Source of the DNA: Spirochaetota bacterium
GTDB taxonomy: Bacteria; Spirochaetota; UBA4802; UBA5550
DNA length: 64,000 nt
Assembly (NCBI GenBank): GCA_963664815.2
Contig: CAXXHB010000003.1
Coordinates: 3,008,001 to 3,072,000, forward strand
Direction of reading: 5' to 3'
In this document: positions 9,959 to 20,902 of the stretch, piece after piece
Layout of the letters: each line of letters opens with the position of its first letter
Numbering within the stretch: the first letter of the stretch is position 1
Translations under genes and position numbers: made by a program
Notes under the pieces: generated by a model
The model's database searches: none
Told to the model about the DNA's origin: nothing
Seen by the model: only the letters and a program-made list of their open reading frames with translations

Positions 9959-11986
9959 TTATTGAATATATTTAAAAACAACTAATTCACCATCTTCAAA
10001 TACAGGAGAAAAAGATAATTTATATCTTCGATATTTATTTGCCGCAGAGGATTTTGCATCAATAATAATATATCTGCAATTATATTTTTTTAGCAATTCT
10101 ATTATCAAGGTTTTGCTATTTTTAAAAGATGTAATTGTATTTACATCTGCTATTCTTAATTTACCCTCTTCATAATCACTCATTCTTATTGACATAATGG
10201 CTATTGTTTTTTGCTGTGTCATAGCCCCGATAAGATAGGAAAGATCCTGAGAAGATGCTATGACACTATTCGCCGGTACTTTTTCTTTTAAAAAAATAAA
10301 AAGCGGTTTTTCACCAATTTTTTTAATATCAACAAAACCTTTTTGATTAGTCAGTGCATTTATAAAAACTTTTCGTGTTGGAGCATATATAAAAATACAC
10401 GTTAGAAGTATAAAAGGTAAAGTAAATAAAACAACTGAACGAAAACGTCGCATTACAACATCCGGTTTAAGATCTATAAAAAGTTTAGGATTCGATACAA
10501 CAATACCTAAAACCGTAAACAGCGAAACACGAAATAGGATATTATGTGAATACCAGCCAGTTCTATAATATAATACAACAGATATTAAATGTGAAATCCA
10601 AGGGGCAAGGACTGGATTAAAAACAATGAAAAGCGGAACTATTAGGATTGATGTTAATAAAATAATTATATTTTTGTATTCGTGACGCCATATCCAAAAA
10701 AGTAATGGCAACATTAACAAGCCGGCGACTTCAAATGGGTAACCTTTGATGACCCAGAGAGGATCGAACATAATATAACGATCACCAAAAATAAGAAATC
10801 CATCTCTACCTGTTGCATAAGCTTTTAAGGAAAAAGTAAAATCAGCATAACCTGATGCTTTTTTTAAATTAAAATATTTACTGCCATTAACAATGCCAAC
10901 TATTAATAAAAATATTGAACCCAGCGTAAAAAAACGCTTTATGTTAATTAGTTCAAGATTTTTATTGATACACCCTCCAACAAAACATGATAAAAAAATA
11001 AGAGATAAATAATATGCAAAACTTGCATGACCGCTGACTGCGGCCATAGTAAATAATCCTGATGCGATCAAGTTTGAATTTTTACCATTTAATAGATATT
11101 TAAGATAAAACACAATTGCTAACGGAAAAATGATATCATGAACCATCTCTCCCGGATAAGGCAAAAAGGAATAATAAAAATTCTGGAATACTGTACGATA
11201 AGCGCCAAAAAATGGTATCACAAAAAGCCAGAAACATACAGACAAAAATGTTACAACAAAAGAAATCCAAGGATATTTAACAAACTCTTTAACTAAAACA
11301 TAAAATGCACTGATGGCAGTTATCGAAAGTATAGCAGACATTACTATATAAACAACAGGGGCCTCAACATGACCTAAGTATGATATAAAACCCATGACAA
11401 AATACCATACATTCTCGATATAAGGGGAGAGAGGCAACATCCCATTAACAAAAGCATCTGACTTACTTAAAAGATACTCTGATTGTGCTATATTTCGTAA
11501 AGAACCGATATGATAAAATGTATCGAAAAAAATCCCATGAAATTGACTACTAATATATACAAAAATGCAAAAAATAAAGCTTAATATACAAAAACTTATT
11601 ACAGGCCAATTCAAATTTAATCCATGTATAAATGTCCTTGTCTTCTTTTCTTTACTGAAAATAACAAGAACAAAATAAACCATGATAATAAAAATTAGAA
11701 AATATACAAAAAACATTAAAGGTAATTGGAATCTGAAACCTATCATGGAAGGGACTACCCAGAAAGATACACCTAAGCAAAAAATTATCGAAATATTCTC
11801 AAGCACATCAAAGCCTTCTGAATTCCTAAACAAATAATAATTCAGAATTGAACCTGGAAGGAATATCACTGTTATAATAGTAACAAAAGCTTTGATTGGC
11901 TCATAAAGTAGTAAAGATAAATGAAAAAATAATGAAATGGATATTAATGCACATAAACATATAAAGACTTTTTTAATTAATACCAT
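9959..11986 (-). CDS. Large polytopic membrane protein, possible GT-C-fold glycosyltransferase
   Basis: More than 12 hydrophobic segments, loop motif D..YH, C-terminal soluble domain ending LLKKYNCRYIII..VFED..LVVFK, as often seen in GT-C proteins. Confidence 0.55.
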   Translation of the reverse strand: MVLIKKVFICLCALISISLFFHLSLLLYEPIKAFVTIITVIFLPGSILNYYLFRNSEGFDVLENISIIFCLGVSFWVVPSMIGFRFQLPLMFFVYFLIFIIMVYFVLVIFSKEKKTRTFIHGLNLNWPVISFCILSFIFCIFVYISSQFHGIFFDTFYHIGSLRNIAQSEYLLSKSDAFVNGMLPLSPYIENVWYFVMGFISYLGHVEAPVVYIVMSAILSITAISAFYVLVKEFVKYPWISFVVTFLSVCFWLFVIPFFGAYRTVFQNFYYSFLPYPGEMVHDIIFPLAIVFYLKYLLNGKNSNLIASGLFTMAAVSGHASFAYYLSLIFLSCFVGGCINKNLELINIKRFFTLGSIFLLIVGIVNGSKYFNLKKASGYADFTFSLKAYATGRDGFLIFGDRYIMFDPLWVIKGYPFEVAGLLMLPLLFWIWRHEYKNIIILLTSILIVPLFIVFNPVLAPWISHLISVVLYYRTGWYSHNILFRVSLFTVLGIVVSNPKLFIDLKPDVVMRRFRSVVLFTLPFILLTCIFIYAPTRKVFINALTNQKGFVDIKKIGEKPLFIFLKEKVPANSVIASSQDLSYLIGAMTQQKTIAIMSIRMSDYEEGKLRIADVNTITSFKNSKTLIIELLKKYNCRYIIIDAKSSAANKYRRYKLSFSPVFEDGELVVFKYIQ

Positions 11987-12172
11987 TTTATTAAATTCCT
12001 TATGAAATTAAATTTCAACTAGCTATAAAAAATAAGAATTCTTGACTATAAACTCCAATTCAGTACTGATTTATTCTTAGTAATTGAATTATAAATCATT
12101 TAATCATAAAATCTCTTCTGCTTAGTTTTTAAAAAACATTGATAAACAGTTAGTTAAAAATATTATCACAAT

Positions 12173-12353
12173 CTATTCACGATATTCATTATGATTTATA
12201 ATGCTTCGTATATTTTTAATTACTCAATTACCATATTTCTGGTCAATTCTACAAATTTAAATTTTTGGCTCCTCCTCAAATTTTCTCTTACATAGGGAGA
12301 ATTGCCAAGAAGTGTTTCAAATTATGTAGAATGGGAAAAAGTGAATCAATAAT
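12173..12353 (-). pseudogene. Decayed 3' end of a gmd gene
   Basis: Reverse complement translates (with frameshifts and stops) FETLLGNSPYVRENL/EPKI/KFVELTRNMVIE*LKIYE..YRE*, versus intact Gmd [42 protein letters not shown]. Confidence 0.7.
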
Positions 12354-12408
12354 AAAAATACTTTTTTATATCATATCAAATACAAATATAAAAAACCTTT
12401 AGTATTAT

Positions 12409-12739
12409 TTATCTCTGTTTATCATCTCATCTCAATTTCTAAATCTGCAACTTTATAAACTCCACATCTTTTCTTTTAATAAGCAGTGGATATCTTATGC
12501 TTTTTACATATCCTTTTTTAAGTTAAAACATACTTATAATCTAGCTTATTATTACTTTTTTGAAATATTTTCAGTTTTATAAGTCTCTTTTCTGTAAGGG
12601 ATTTAGGAATATTTTTACTTTCCCAAGACTATATCACAACCTAATGCTGAAAACACGCTGACTATATATTAGCTTTTCCAATTTCTTAAAATATTGTATA
12701 GGCATTCTAAAGGAAGATATTATCAATATTTCTGTTCAT
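12409..12739 (-). pseudogene. Frameshifted copy of the EPS-associated MarR-family regulator
   Basis: Colinear nucleotide similarity over the full length to 44862..45203, extending into the promoter (to ~12787); many indels. Confidence 0.9.
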
Positions 12740-12849
12740 CTGTTGAACAATCGTTAATTATATTTTTTTGTCAAGCAGAAATCCTCTTGATCCAACCCAC
12801 TCCGAAAACAATATAATGATTGCTTAAAAATTGAAAAACTAAACTTGAA

Positions 12850-12950
12850 AGTGGTCAAATATCATGCTTGCCCTTGGTCACCATGCATGTATGAACGGGT
12901 ACACAGCTTATTACATGAGTTGCCGGGATGCTGTTGATGACATCGGGGTA
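12850..12950 (+). mobile_element. Fragment resembling IS21-family IstB helper ATPase
   Basis: 12861-12947 reads IMLALGHHACMNGYTAYYMSCRDAVDDIG, like the IstB post-Walker-A segment (ALG..AC..GY.V.Y); locally higher GC. Confidence 0.4.
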
Positions 12951-13053
12951 GGATCAATATTAATAATTGTTTTATTCATTTTTTATTTTCATTTTTTACA
13001 AGGCAAAGTTAGCGTTCAACCTTAGTACACCCTGTGCTTATGTCTAATGCAAA

Positions 13054-13914
13054 TTACTTTATTGAATTTATAAACTTGTCAAGGCTTTCCTTATATGGGT
13101 ATATTCTAACACCTTCAATTGCGGTAATCTTGTTCAGATCCAGAACCGAATATAACGGCCGCTTTACTTTCGAAGGATACTGCCCGCTTGGCACCGGGTT
13201 AATTATTACTTTACTGTGAACAATTCCTTTTCTTAGTGCAAGTTTATAAATCTCGCAGGCAAATTCATACCATGTTGTTTCACCACTATCTGAATAATTA
13301 TATATTCCATATCGATTTGAATCGAATTTAATAAAACTATATATGGTCTCGGCAAGATCGTAAGACCATGTAGGGCATCCCTTTTGATCATTTACAACGT
13401 TCAATGACTCTTTTTCATTGAATAGGCGAAGCATTGTGGATACAAAATTATTACCATATTTACCATAAAGCCATGAGGTCCTTATTATAAAATACTTCCC
13501 GGTTTTCTCTTTAATCCTGTACTCACCTGCAAGTTTGCTGCAGCCGTAAACGCCAAGCGGATTTACCGGATCATCTTCTCTGTAAGGTTTTGTCCCGCTA
13601 CCGCCGAAAACATAATCGGTTGACACATGAATAATCTTTGCCCCGATATTTTTTGCTATCTCTGCAAGATTTCCTGCCCCTGCTTCATTTATCAGAAAAG
13701 CCAGCTCAGATTCATCTTCAGCTTTGTCGACAGCCGTATAGGCCGAGCAATTTACAATCCAGCTTATATTTTTATCAGTTGAAAAACTCATAAGCACCTG
13801 AATATCTGTTATGTCACAATCTTTATCAGTACCGGTAAAAACAGCATTATTACACGCCAGGTATTCACATAATTCTTTCCCCAGCATTCCATCAGCCCCG
13901 ACTACCCAGATCAT
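13054..13914 (-). CDS. rfbD: dTDP-4-dehydrorhamnose reductase
   Basis: GADGMLG, NCSAYTAVDKAE, HVSTDYVF, YGCSK, RTSWLY, DQKGCPT, RP.YS.L. Confidence 0.95.
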   Translation of the reverse strand: MIWVVGADGMLGKELCEYLACNNAVFTGTDKDCDITDIQVLMSFSTDKNISWIVNCSAYTAVDKAEDESELAFLINEAGAGNLAEIAKNIGAKIIHVSTDYVFGGSGTKPYREDDPVNPLGVYGCSKLAGEYRIKEKTGKYFIIRTSWLYGKYGNNFVSTMLRLFNEKESLNVVNDQKGCPTWSYDLAETIYSFIKFDSNRYGIYNYSDSGETTWYEFACEIYKLALRKGIVHSKVIINPVPSGQYPSKVKRPLYSVLDLNKITAIEGVRIYPYKESLDKFINSIK

Positions 13915-14468
13915 TACCAGAGTTCTCTGCAATTAATATCTTTTAAAAATGGAAGATTGTTATCTTTTGCTGATACCGATACTTCAGTCAAAGGCCACTG
14001 AACTGCTATATCAGGATCGTCCCAGCGGATACCTCCATCACTTTCTGCATTATACTCGGCAGTACATTTATACAGAAATTCGGTATTATCCTCAAGAGTA
14101 ACAAATCCATGGGCAAAACCGGGTGGCATGTAGATCATTATACCACTGACAGAATTAAGCTCAAGTCCAAACCATCTTCTAAATGTCTGCGACTCCGGAC
14201 GAAGATCGACAGCTACATCCCATACACTTCCGGATGTTACCCGTACAAGTTTACCCTGAGCATGTATTCCCCTCTGAAAATGAAGCCCGCGCAATATACC
14301 TTTTGATGACATCGAATGATTATCCTGCACAAAGGGAAGATTTATGCCGTTACTGATAAAATCAGATTCCTTATATGTCTCCATAAAAAACCCACGTCCA
14401 TCTGGGAATATACGCGATTTTACAACGACAAGACCATCGATAAAAGTTTTTTCAAATGTAAAGGGCAT
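13914..14468 (-). CDS. rfbC: dTDP-4-dehydrorhamnose 3,5-epimerase
   Basis: DGRGFF.E, QDNHSMS..GILRGLHFQ, DVAVDLR, GFAHGF, YKC. Confidence 0.95.
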   Translation of the reverse strand: MPFTFEKTFIDGLVVVKSRIFPDGRGFFMETYKESDFISNGINLPFVQDNHSMSSKGILRGLHFQRGIHAQGKLVRVTSGSVWDVAVDLRPESQTFRRWFGLELNSVSGIMIYMPPGFAHGFVTLEDNTEFLYKCTAEYNAESDGGIRWDDPDIAVQWPLTEVSVSAKDNNLPFLKDINCRELW

Positions 14469-15352
14469 TATAAATCACCCAATTTATCATCATCTGCAAC
14501 ACGCGTTAAATATGATCCGTATGTGGATTTATTAAGCTTATCCGCAAGTTTAAGAAAGTCTATTTTTGAAATAAACTTCATTCTATAGGCAATTTCTTCA
14601 ATACATGCAATCTTAAGCCCCTGCCTGTATTCAATTGCCTTTACAAAATCTGTAGCCTCCGCGAGAGAATCGTGGGTACCGGTATCAAGCCAGGCAAAAC
14701 CGCGCCCCATAAGCTGTACATTAAGTAATCCCTTTTTAAGGTATTCTTTATTGAGATCGGTTATTTCGTACTCACCGCGTGCTGATGGTTTAAGATTTTC
14801 GGCAATATCAATAACGCTGTTATCATAAAAATATAGTCCTACCACCGCATAATTTGATTTAGGTTTTTCTGGCTTCTCTTCAATTGATATGACCTTACCA
14901 TCCGGACCAAACTCGACCACCCCATATCTTTCCGGATCATTTACATAATACCCGAAAACAGTGGCTCCCTTTTCAAGCATAACAGAATTCTGCAGTAGTT
15001 CCGTAAGTCCATGACCGTAAAAAATATTATCCCCCAATACAAGGCAGACAGAATCTTTACCTATAAATTCTTTACCAAGGACAAAGGCTTGTGCCAATCC
15101 ATTCGGCTTTTCCTGGACTTTATATGATATTTTTAATCCCAGATCAGATCCTTTTCCAAGCAGTGACTCAAAGCGGGGAGTATCCTCCGGTGTGGATATA
15201 ATAAGGATTTCTTTGATACCGGCCAGCATCAACGTAGAGAGAGGATAGTAAATCATCGGTTTATCATAAACAGGGAGAAGCTGCTTACATACAACCCGTG
15301 TTACCGGATAAAGTCTTGTACCGGCTCCCCCGGCTAAAATTATTCCTTTCAT
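14468..15352 (-). CDS. rfbA: Glucose-1-phosphate thymidylyltransferase
   Basis: [44 protein letters not shown]. Confidence 0.97.
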   Translation of the reverse strand: MKGIILAGGAGTRLYPVTRVVCKQLLPVYDKPMIYYPLSTLMLAGIKEILIISTPEDTPRFESLLGKGSDLGLKISYKVQEKPNGLAQAFVLGKEFIGKDSVCLVLGDNIFYGHGLTELLQNSVMLEKGATVFGYYVNDPERYGVVEFGPDGKVISIEEKPEKPKSNYAVVGLYFYDNSVIDIAENLKPSARGEYEITDLNKEYLKKGLLNVQLMGRGFAWLDTGTHDSLAEATDFVKAIEYRQGLKIACIEEIAYRMKFISKIDFLKLADKLNKSTYGSYLTRVADDDKLGDL

Positions 15353-15428
15353 TAAATACTCCATAATACAACAGATATGATGCAAAATTATATTTTTTTA
15401 TTTTTATGTCAAAATGTTTTTTTGTAAT

Positions 15429-16094
15429 TCAATCAAACAATTCTTTTGGTCTTTGAGGAAGTTCATGAAGTATTTTTTCATATAAATGACTCTTCGGGGA
15501 AAATATAACCCAGGCAGTTAAAAAGATCAGCTTCATATCAAGGATAAAGCTGTAATTCTTTTTATACCATATTTCAAGTTCGCCCTTATAGGGTGATATA
15601 TCCTCTCGGTAACAATCGATATGATTTTTGGATGAACGTGCAATTATATATTCTTCATCCCTGAAAACTATAGATCCTATTCCCGTAAGCCCCGGTTTCA
15701 AATCTGTAATTCTTTTTTTTACATGCTCCGGATAATATGAAAATGTCTTCGGTGTAAGCGGCCTGGGACCTACAACACTTATATCTCCCTTAAGAATATT
15801 AAATAATTGAGGCAACTCATTGATTTTTGTTTTTCTTAAAATCCTACCGAAAGGGAGAACCCTCGGATCATTTCCCATTGTTATATCTCCGCCGGTCATA
15901 TTGGGGCTATCTTTCAGCATGGTAGCGAATTTCAGAAGATTAAATTTTTTTCCATTTTTGCCAATCCGCTGCTGCTTGTAAAAAATATATCCTTCACCTG
16001 TAAAACGCAAAATCACCATTACGGGTATTAAAAGCGGAAACAGAATTAAAACAGAAATTAGGGAAGAAGCGATATCAAATAACCTCTTTAACAT
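15429..16094 (-). CDS. Bacterial sugar transferase (PglC/WbaP C-terminal-like phosphoglycosyl transferase)
   Basis: KRLFDI, KFATM, DPRV..FGRILRKTKINELPQLFNILKGDISVVGPRP, KPGLTG. Confidence 0.9.
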   Translation of the reverse strand: MLKRLFDIASSLISVLILFPLLIPVMVILRFTGEGYIFYKQQRIGKNGKKFNLLKFATMLKDSPNMTGGDITMGNDPRVLPFGRILRKTKINELPQLFNILKGDISVVGPRPLTPKTFSYYPEHVKKRITDLKPGLTGIGSIVFRDEEYIIARSSKNHIDCYREDISPYKGELEIWYKKNYSFILDMKLIFLTAWVIFSPKSHLYEKILHELPQRPKELFD

Positions 16095-16098
16095 TGAA

Positions 16099-17292
16099 TT
16101 ACATCCTGTTATCCAGAAATTTACCGGTTTCCCTGTGTCCAAAGTCCGGTATCATCCGATAAAATAATTCCACCAGCTCCTGCCGTGCCCATTTACCATT
16201 TTTTTTCATATTTTCAATCGACTCTGTAAACAATTCAAGCATATCATTATCGAAGTTCGGATCACTTTTTATTATGCCTATACTGCTGAACCTGTTTATA
16301 TCAAGTGTTTCATTATCTGTAAAAAACTCTTCGAAATCCTTTTCACCTGTTGTATCGCTTTTAAAAAAATAACATGGCCATTGTTTTTTATTTATAGAAA
16401 CATCAACTAAAGTCCTTGCCTCCTCTTCACTCCCGCATAATAACGGCTCATATCCAAGATAGTTAAGATACTTTACCGCTATATCAGAAAATGTTATAAG
16501 ATGAAGTTTTTCACTAAGCTTTGGGAAGAATATGTCACGATTTTCTCCCAACAGACATGACATCAGACAAAGCTCCCCCGATTCTTTTGGCGTAACAAAA
16601 TATCGTTTAACATCATTTGGCGCTGCTAAAGGCTGCCTTTTTGCTATACGCTGATTGAAACCATGAAGAAGACTCCCATCAGAAAATGCAACATTAGCAA
16701 AGCGAGCCATAGATATCTGTTGATCAACACTTCTACGCATCATATACATTTCCATAATTCTCTTTGAAGCGCCCATCATATTAGCCGGGTTTGCGGCTTT
16801 ATCTGTTGAAACACAAAAGTATTTTCTGCTTTTATGTGCCATCGCAAGTCCGGCGAGATCGTCTGCATTAAAAATGTTAGTCTTTATAAGCCTCATCAGT
16901 GTATAAGGATCCTTTTCACTGCGGACATGTTTGAGAGCTGACAGATTCAAAATGTAATCATAGGGGCCATTTTCTTTCACAAATGCATCAAATTCAATCG
17001 ATGCACTATCTATTGGCAAAGCCTGAAAGTCTCCATCAATATATCCAAGTGAACTTCGTATATCACGCACCAGCTCTGCTGTATTATTTTCACTTATATC
17101 CACTACATGGAGAACCTTTGGTTTGCGTTTAAAAATCTCTTTAACCACAGCCTGCCCGATTGAACCGGCGCCGCCTATAACTAAAAATTTTGCATTATTA
17201 ACAAGCTCGTTTAAAAATTTATCGTCATTTGAAATATCATCTGAAAATAATGGTTCATCACGACCTATCAAACCAAGTATATTATTGCTCAC
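16099..17292 (-). CDS. UDP-GlcNAc 4,6-dehydratase (soluble, LgaA-type)
   Basis: GGAGSIGQ, LSALKHVRSEKDP, VSTDKAANP.NMMGASKR, RFANVAFSDGSL. Confidence 0.85.
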   Translation of the reverse strand: MSNNILGLIGRDEPLFSDDISNDDKFLNELVNNAKFLVIGGAGSIGQAVVKEIFKRKPKVLHVVDISENNTAELVRDIRSSLGYIDGDFQALPIDSASIEFDAFVKENGPYDYILNLSALKHVRSEKDPYTLMRLIKTNIFNADDLAGLAMAHKSRKYFCVSTDKAANPANMMGASKRIMEMYMMRRSVDQQISMARFANVAFSDGSLLHGFNQRIAKRQPLAAPNDVKRYFVTPKESGELCLMSCLLGENRDIFFPKLSEKLHLITFSDIAVKYLNYLGYEPLLCGSEEEARTLVDVSINKKQWPCYFFKSDTTGEKDFEEFFTDNETLDINRFSSIGIIKSDPNFDNDMLELFTESIENMKKNGKWARQELVELFYRMIPDFGHRETGKFLDNRM

Positions 17293-17390
17293 TTCAGTTA
17301 CCCGTAATATCCTTAACTTTTTTTATATTATTTTGCAGCTTATTTAATTTTTTTTAATAAATTGTGAAGGAAATGGGAGCACTTCAAACT

Positions 17391-18611
17391 TTATCCACCC
17401 TTTACTTCGTTACTGAAGATGCTTAATAGCTGAGTAAGCAGAGAATTACTATTAAAATTTTTTTCAAAATATTCTCTCCCGTTTATCCCAATTTTCGATC
17501 TGCTCTCTCGGTCCAAATTATACATTTTTATAACTATTGCCGCCAAACAGTCGGGATTATTGTACGAACAGGTAAAACCGGCTTTGGCATCATTAACAAC
17601 CCTGGCCCCTTCCCCATCAATTGCCGCAATTACTGGTTTTCCACAAGCTAAATAAGTCTGTATTTTTGCCGGTAAAGTCAGGCTGAATACCGGCTCATTT
17701 TTTAATGATAAAAACAGACAATCGGCTAATGAAAAATAATCAGGCATCATTTCGAGAGGTTTTCTTCCAAGCATTATTATATTTTCCTGCAAATCTCTAT
17801 CACGAATATGTTCTTCTAATAATAATTTCATTCTCCCATCACCAATAATAATCCAGTAAATATCAGAATACTTTTTTAATTTTTCAGCAACATCAATAAT
17901 TATCTCCAGCCCTTGTGCAGCACCGATATTACCTGCAAACATGATTTTGAATCCATTGGGTAAAATTTCCGCTTGAAGATCGCCTTCAGGTTTTACATTA
18001 AATATATCCTCACCCCATTGGGGCCAGTATATTATCTTTGAGTCTGAAATATTATATTTTTTTATATTGTCAATAAATCCTTTAGAAGGAACCAGTATCT
18101 TATCACAATTCTTATATATAAAGTATACCATCTTACCAACAACTTTTAAAATCTTCTCGGACTTAACAGCACCTACTGCCAACAGACTCTCTGGCCACAA
18201 ATCCAGAGTATACATAACCAATGGTACTTTTTTTATTTTTTTCAAGAATATGGCCGGTATTGCTGCAGTTATTGGGGAAAGTTGATATACAAAGATTATA
18301 TCATATTCAGGTATTTTAAGAAATGGAACCCAAAAACAACCAAATATCATAAACGATAAATAATTTAATATAAGACGAAGCCCACTACCGTCTCCCCGTG
18401 GAATCAATGGAACACGAATTATATCAGCTCCATGAAATTTTTCTTTATATTTTTTAAAAAAACCGTACCCTGGATAAAATCTACCATCCGGGTAATTTGG
18501 TTTACCGGTAATCACTGTAACCTTGTTCCCCTGCTCAACAAGACGTTTTGTTATATCATTTATTCTAAAATTTTCAGGCCAAAAATATTGACTAACAATT
18601 AATATATGCAT
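17391..18611 (-). CDS. wbuB: GT4 glycosyltransferase, WbuB/WbjE type (L-FucNAc transferase)
   Basis: SQYFWPE, TGKPNYP.G, DLWPESL, FAGNIG.AQGL, P.KIQTYLACGKP; follows fnlABC. Confidence 0.85.
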   Translation of the reverse strand: MHILIVSQYFWPENFRINDITKRLVEQGNKVTVITGKPNYPDGRFYPGYGFFKKYKEKFHGADIIRVPLIPRGDGSGLRLILNYLSFMIFGCFWVPFLKIPEYDIIFVYQLSPITAAIPAIFLKKIKKVPLVMYTLDLWPESLLAVGAVKSEKILKVVGKMVYFIYKNCDKILVPSKGFIDNIKKYNISDSKIIYWPQWGEDIFNVKPEGDLQAEILPNGFKIMFAGNIGAAQGLEIIIDVAEKLKKYSDIYWIIIGDGRMKLLLEEHIRDRDLQENIIMLGRKPLEMMPDYFSLADCLFLSLKNEPVFSLTLPAKIQTYLACGKPVIAAIDGEGARVVNDAKAGFTCSYNNPDCLAAIVIKMYNLDRESRSKIGINGREYFEKNFNSNSLLTQLLSIFSNEVKGG

Positions 18612-18657
18612 AAATACCCGATAACAGTTAAAGATTTTTAACAGATTTATTTATCTA

Positions 18658-19794
18658 CTATTTTTTATCCCAAATCACTTTATTGATAATATGCGTATAG
18701 CTCTGAATGATTTTAACAACTTTCATCGATACATTTTTGTCCATATAGTCGGCAGGACAAATAAATTCTGACTTATTATAATTAAACAGTTTCGTTGTTA
18801 ATTCAACAGATTGTAACATGTTAATAGATGTAATTCCGCCCACAACCATACTACCTTTGTCGAGAACTTCAGGACGTTCTGTACTTGTTCTGATTAAAAC
18901 AGCCGGAAAATCAAGCATAGATGATTCTTCACTCAGCGTTCCACTATCAGACAAAACACAAAAAGAATCCATCTGTAATTTATTATAATCAAAAAAACCA
19001 AACGGTTTTAAATTTTGAACAAGTGGATTGAATTTTGTTTTCCGTTCTTCAATTTTCTTCATTGTACGCGGGTGCGTTGAATAAATAACCGGATATTTAT
19101 ATTCTTCAGCAATGGAATTTAATGACTCAACAAGTTCATTAAAATTTTTTTCAATATCTATATTTTCCTCTCTGTGAGCACTTACTATAAAATACTTTCT
19201 TTTCTCCAGTTTAAGCTGATCCAGAATTCTACTTTCATTGATCTTGTCCTTATTCTTCCAGATAACTTCAGCCATTGGAGAACCTGTAACAAAAACATGT
19301 TCTTTACGAATCCCCTCTGAAAGAAGATATCTTCTGCTATGCTCAGTGTAAGGAAGGTTAATGTCGCTGATATGATCAACAATTTTCCTGTTTATCTCTT
19401 CCGGCACATTCTGGTCAAAGCAGCGGTTACCAGCTTCCATGTGAAAGATAGGTATTTTCAATCGTTTTGCAGATATTGCACTGAGCGCGCTGTTAGTATC
19501 ACCCAGTATAAGTAACGCATCAGGTTTTACACTTTCCATAACATCATATGAACGTGATATAATATTTCCAATTGTTTCACCAAGGTTTTTCCCGGGTGAA
19601 TCAAGATAAAAATCCGGTTTCTTAAGTGCAAGCTCATGAAAAAATATCTCATTCAAGGTATAATCGTAATTCTGCCCGGTATGTACAAGAACATGCTCAA
19701 ATAAATTATCGCAGGCTTTTATTACTTCGGACAATCGTATAATTTCAGGTCTTGTTCCTACAATAGTCATTAATTTTAATCTAGAACCTGGCAT
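18658..19794 (-). CDS. fnlC: UDP-2-acetamido-2,6-dideoxy-hexose 2-epimerase (FnlC/CapG/WbjD)
   Basis: VGTRPEIIRL, HTGQNYD, GDTNS, HMEAGNRCFD..VPEE.NR, SDSG. Confidence 0.9.
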   Translation of the reverse strand: MPGSRLKLMTIVGTRPEIIRLSEVIKACDNLFEHVLVHTGQNYDYTLNEIFFHELALKKPDFYLDSPGKNLGETIGNIISRSYDVMESVKPDALLILGDTNSALSAISAKRLKIPIFHMEAGNRCFDQNVPEEINRKIVDHISDINLPYTEHSRRYLLSEGIRKEHVFVTGSPMAEVIWKNKDKINESRILDQLKLEKRKYFIVSAHREENIDIEKNFNELVESLNSIAEEYKYPVIYSTHPRTMKKIEERKTKFNPLVQNLKPFGFFDYNKLQMDSFCVLSDSGTLSEESSMLDFPAVLIRTSTERPEVLDKGSMVVGGITSINMLQSVELTTKLFNYNKSEFICPADYMDKNVSMKVVKIIQSYTHIINKVIWDKK

Positions 19795-19795
19795 G

Positions 19796-20902
19796 TTACA
19801 CCTCGAGAAAATATGTGTCGGGACTATCCTGGTTAAATATTTCATTAGCCCAGAAAATCGTCATTAAATCTGAATCTCCGATATTTTTTATTGAATGGGT
19901 ATATCCGGGCGGAATATCAACAATCTGTATTTTTTCATCATCAACAATATATTCCACAGTAGTGTTGCTGATTATATGCCGTAATTTTATCGACGCAGTA
20001 CCACTGATGACACAAAATTTTTCAACCTTTGTGTCATGGTAATGATTACCCCTTGTTATCCCGGGTTTGGTTTTTGATATGAATATCTGTCCCGAATGCT
20101 TTGATTTAAGCAACTCAAACAACCATCCCCTGTTATCTACCTTTTTCTCAAGAGAATATATAAAATTATCTTTTTCATAAAAAGAAAGATATGTTGAATA
20201 TAGATATTTAGTCAGTTTATCCGACAAATCATCAATAATCAATGTTGTTCTCATATCTTTAAAATGTCTTATTTTATCTGCAAGCTCACCTAGAGATATT
20301 TTATAAGCATTATAGTCATCATAGTATACCTGGTTTATATCCCATTTTTTCCCGAGCTTATCAATAAAGCAGCTGATTACGTCATCTATATAAACAAACT
20401 CAATGATTCTGCTTTTATCAGAAATAGAAATTTCAATATTATGAGAAATGTTGTAACAGAATGTTGATACAACCGAATTATAATTCGGTTTTGACCATTT
20501 TCCAAAGATATTCGGGAATCTGTAAATACAGACAGGAGTATTTTCAGCTTTACAATATTCTATTATATAAGACTCTGCATCTTTTTTACTTTTTCCATAT
20601 GTATTATCGAGAACCGATTGCGTTGAAGATGTAAAAATTAAAGGTACCGGTTTATTATGTTTCTTTAATAATCCACAAATCAGTTTTGTAAAGTCAGAGT
20701 TATTGCTATAACCCTCTTCTTTTTCCGGCCGGTTAACTCCAGCCAGATGAAAAACGATCTCAGCCTTTGAAAGATACGTTTCAAGTTCATCAGCAGAGTT
20801 ATTGGAATCATATTTAAACACTTCAATGTCTTCAATTCTTTCCAGGGCAACACAGAGATTTTTCCCGACAAAACCATCCGCCCCCGTTACCAGCACTTTC
20901 AT
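19796..20902 (-). CDS. fnlB: FnlB/CapF/WbjC bifunctional reductase-epimerase with C-terminal cupin
   Basis: TGADGFVGKNL, HLAGVNRP, YGKSK, FGKW.KPNYNS, RGNHYH.TK.EKF, WANE. Confidence 0.92.
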   Translation of the reverse strand: MKVLVTGADGFVGKNLCVALERIEDIEVFKYDSNNSADELETYLSKAEIVFHLAGVNRPEKEEGYSNNSDFTKLICGLLKKHNKPVPLIFTSSTQSVLDNTYGKSKKDAESYIIEYCKAENTPVCIYRFPNIFGKWSKPNYNSVVSTFCYNISHNIEISISDKSRIIEFVYIDDVISCFIDKLGKKWDINQVYYDDYNAYKISLGELADKIRHFKDMRTTLIIDDLSDKLTKYLYSTYLSFYEKDNFIYSLEKKVDNRGWLFELLKSKHSGQIFISKTKPGITRGNHYHDTKVEKFCVISGTASIKLRHIISNTTVEYIVDDEKIQIVDIPPGYTHSIKNIGDSDLMTIFWANEIFNQDSPDTYFLEV

